Below, piece after piece: positions 61,718 through 64,000 of a stretch of 64,000 nt of DNA (within the stretch, counting starts at the first letter, position 1; each line of letters opens with the position of its first letter). The translations under genes were made by a program, and so were the position numbers. The stretch comes from Anthoceros angustus. Lineage: Eukaryota; Plantae; Anthocerotophyta. The stretch covers positions 1 through 64,000 of the forward strand of contig MU008155.1 in assembly GCA_010909165.1 (NCBI GenBank), read 5' to 3'. The notes beneath the pieces were generated by a model. The model was not told the origin of the DNA and did no database searches. It saw only the letters and a program-made list of their open reading frames with translations.

Positions 61718-61899
61718 TTTTTGGCGCTGTCGGGATTTGTTGTTGAAAGGTTGAAGTTTTGTGGTTTCCATCGCTAGTAGCATGCTTGAGAAGGGACCGA
61801 GGGTCGACCATGTGTTGTGAGGAAGAAGCTTCACGCCTAAGTTGTCATAGGGTGAATGGTTGAGACACTAGAGGTGTGGTTTGCTTCCTTCTTAACGTG

Positions 61900-64000
61900 G
61901 GTTGGAGGACATGAGGATGGTTGCGATGTCGAGGGGTCGATCTAGGGGAGATACACGGAAGGTCACCACCGCCACCGCAAGAGATTTACGAGCCTTGCGA
62001 AGAAATCACCAGGAAGAGACCGCTACCGCCGCCACTCGAGGGCAGCGGGAGGAGGAGGAGGAGGAGGAGGAGGAGGAAGTCGCCTTGACCTAAGGCGGCG
62101 GAGGTGCGGAACTGACAAAAAGTGGAGGAGGAAGAGGCGAGATCACCGGCACAGAGGAAGGAGGTCGAGAAGAGGTGTCCAGTGAGGAAGGGTCGCGCCT
62201 CCGAGCACGAGTTTTCACGCCGCGAACGCCCGCGACGCTTTGCTTCTCAAAGCGGTGACACCACCTCATCTTCCAAATAAGATAAGGACGACGAGGTCGC
62301 CGAGCGGGAATTTCGCTTGGTCGGAGGATTTGGCGGAACGACTCGATCGAATCGCTGGTCAGATTGATCTTTTGGGACGAACTAGAGGGGAGGTCGCTAC
62401 TCCTCAAGGATCCCGATTTGTTTCCTGTTACCCCGGCGAGAGGAGTGTTGGTCCAGCGTGGACACTCCGACCGAGCAACATGAGTGGAGTTGGTGGAGGA
62501 GGAGGACCGCCCCAACTTCATAGTCGCCAGCAATACGTCAAATTCGGCGAGAAGAAGAAGGGAGATGACGCGGAAGCGTTTGTAAGAACTTTTGAGCATG
62601 TCTCCCATGCTAACTTGGAGGATGGAGACGCCGATCGACTACGCATCTTTCCAGGACTGTTGAGAGGGCATGCACAACAGTGGTACGGTCGCACCTATAA
62701 TTCGGTGTCGCCGGCGGATTGGGAAGCTCTCAAAGCAGCCTTCCTGAATCGGTTCCGAGGGCTCAGCTATGCACACCACACTTTAGCAAAGCTGAGGACC
62801 CTTCGTAGGAAGAAACGAGAATCTTTGTTTGATTATGTGGAGAGGTTTTACGGGTATCTGGATCGAGTTCCGAAATGTGCACCCGAGAGGGAGATCCACC
62901 CACTGGTACTCACAAGAGCAAGCTGGATTGGTTTGTGAGTGGCTTGTCTCGAAAATGGAGGTACACCGCAGCGTGGACGAAGACGTTGGGGCCTCCGCTT
63001 ATCCGAGGAATGGGAGTCCGCCGAGTTAGGGAGGAGAAGAAGAAGAGGCGAAGTCATAAGAAGAGGAAGGATCGAGGAGATCTAGCTCCTCGCCTTCCGC
63101 CACCTCCTCCAGCTCCCCGCCCTCATCGAAGCGAGGATAGCGGAACTCAAGAAAGCTCCACATCGGATGAGGAATCGAAGGCCTACGAACGGCGAATAAA
63201 GAAGGACCGGAGAAGGTCAAACGGCGGAAGAAGCGGAACGCGATTGGAGAAGGAGAGGAAGGGAAGACGGTCCGTCGGATGGAGAAGGAGAAACGTCAGG
63301 GGAGGGATTGCGGACAAGTGGAGGCTTTGACCAAGATTGACCGAGTTAGAGGTCAAAGCGTGAAGAATCAAGCTCCACGAAGATCTCCTCACGCAAGGCG
63401 CTTGGTGTATTGCTCAATTTGTCATCAAACGGGACACACCAACCGAGAATGTATTCGCCATACGCGGTAAATCATGTGGAAACCGCCATGCCGGGATTAT
63501 TGGTATGTGGATGAAGCTTATCGTGCAAGCGTCACCGAAGTCGGCCACCTCAATCAATGAGGGCGACTTACCAACCGACTACACCGCCCCTCAAGGTATG
63601 GATCGCGACCGACATCGCCAGACCATGGAGACCATCCATCGCAGGCCGATGGCGATTCCATGGGTGTTGTTACAATTGCGGAGCACCGTGTCACTACTCA
63701 AACGAATGCCCGTAACCACGAAAACAAGTAGGTTATGTACCCTTGTCAAGTATGCAAGGAATTGGGACATAAAATGGGGATCCAGTGCTCGGGGTGGCGC
63801 GAGTGGCACCACCACTGGGAGTCGTTTATGGAACCAGCAGAAGAGGCAAGGCCCAACTCAAACCGCGATCACGTGACCACGACACCGGTCAAGGTGGAGG
63901 CGGAGTATGATTCTCGACGGATCCAAAGGTGACATCGTGATCGTGGAAGAGGGTATGAAGGAGAGATGAGTGCGGATGAAGGATTGATGGTGGCCAAGGT
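61900..64000 (+). mobile_element. Gypsy gag with three zinc knuckles (frameshifted, runs off the window)
   Basis: YVKFGEKKKGDDAEAFV..LLRGHAQQWY..WEALKAAFLNRF, then CSICHQTGHTNREC, CYNCGAPCHYSNEC and CQVCKELGH. Confidence 0.88.

Noticed and set aside
62049-62077. (GGA)n microsatellite
   Set aside because: A simple poly-Glu tract in the gag leader; unremarkable.

Overview
Eukaryotic nuclear DNA from a land plant with compact genes. Introns are mostly 80-250 bp. A 4/1 gene, an 8-Cys EPF and CRE-like, Copia and Gypsy elements suggest a seed-free plant such as a hornwort or lycophyte (inference only). An intact six-gene island at about 11.9-30.3 kb holds 4/1, an NT-C2 coiled-coil protein, organellar TypA/BipA, EPF1/2-like, an atypical plastid thioredoxin with a TCGPC site, and snurportin-1. 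Nested, decayed transposon blocks flank it on both sides. The most notable signal is at about 3.6-4.6 kb (minus strand): a prokaryote-type beta-class N4-cytosine/N6-adenine DNA methyltransferase. It is split by one frameshift, followed by plant-type spliceosomal introns, and embedded in TE DNA with an inverted paralogous 5' region about 6 kb away. Other points: a Copia element with an antisense zinc-finger/NLS ORF, Gypsy elements with extra ORFs, an LTR flanked by both a PPT and a PBS, and a hAT-like TIR element. Many indel-rich tandem duplications occur in the repeats and may be long-read assembly artefacts. All calls come from manual motif recognition; no searches were run.
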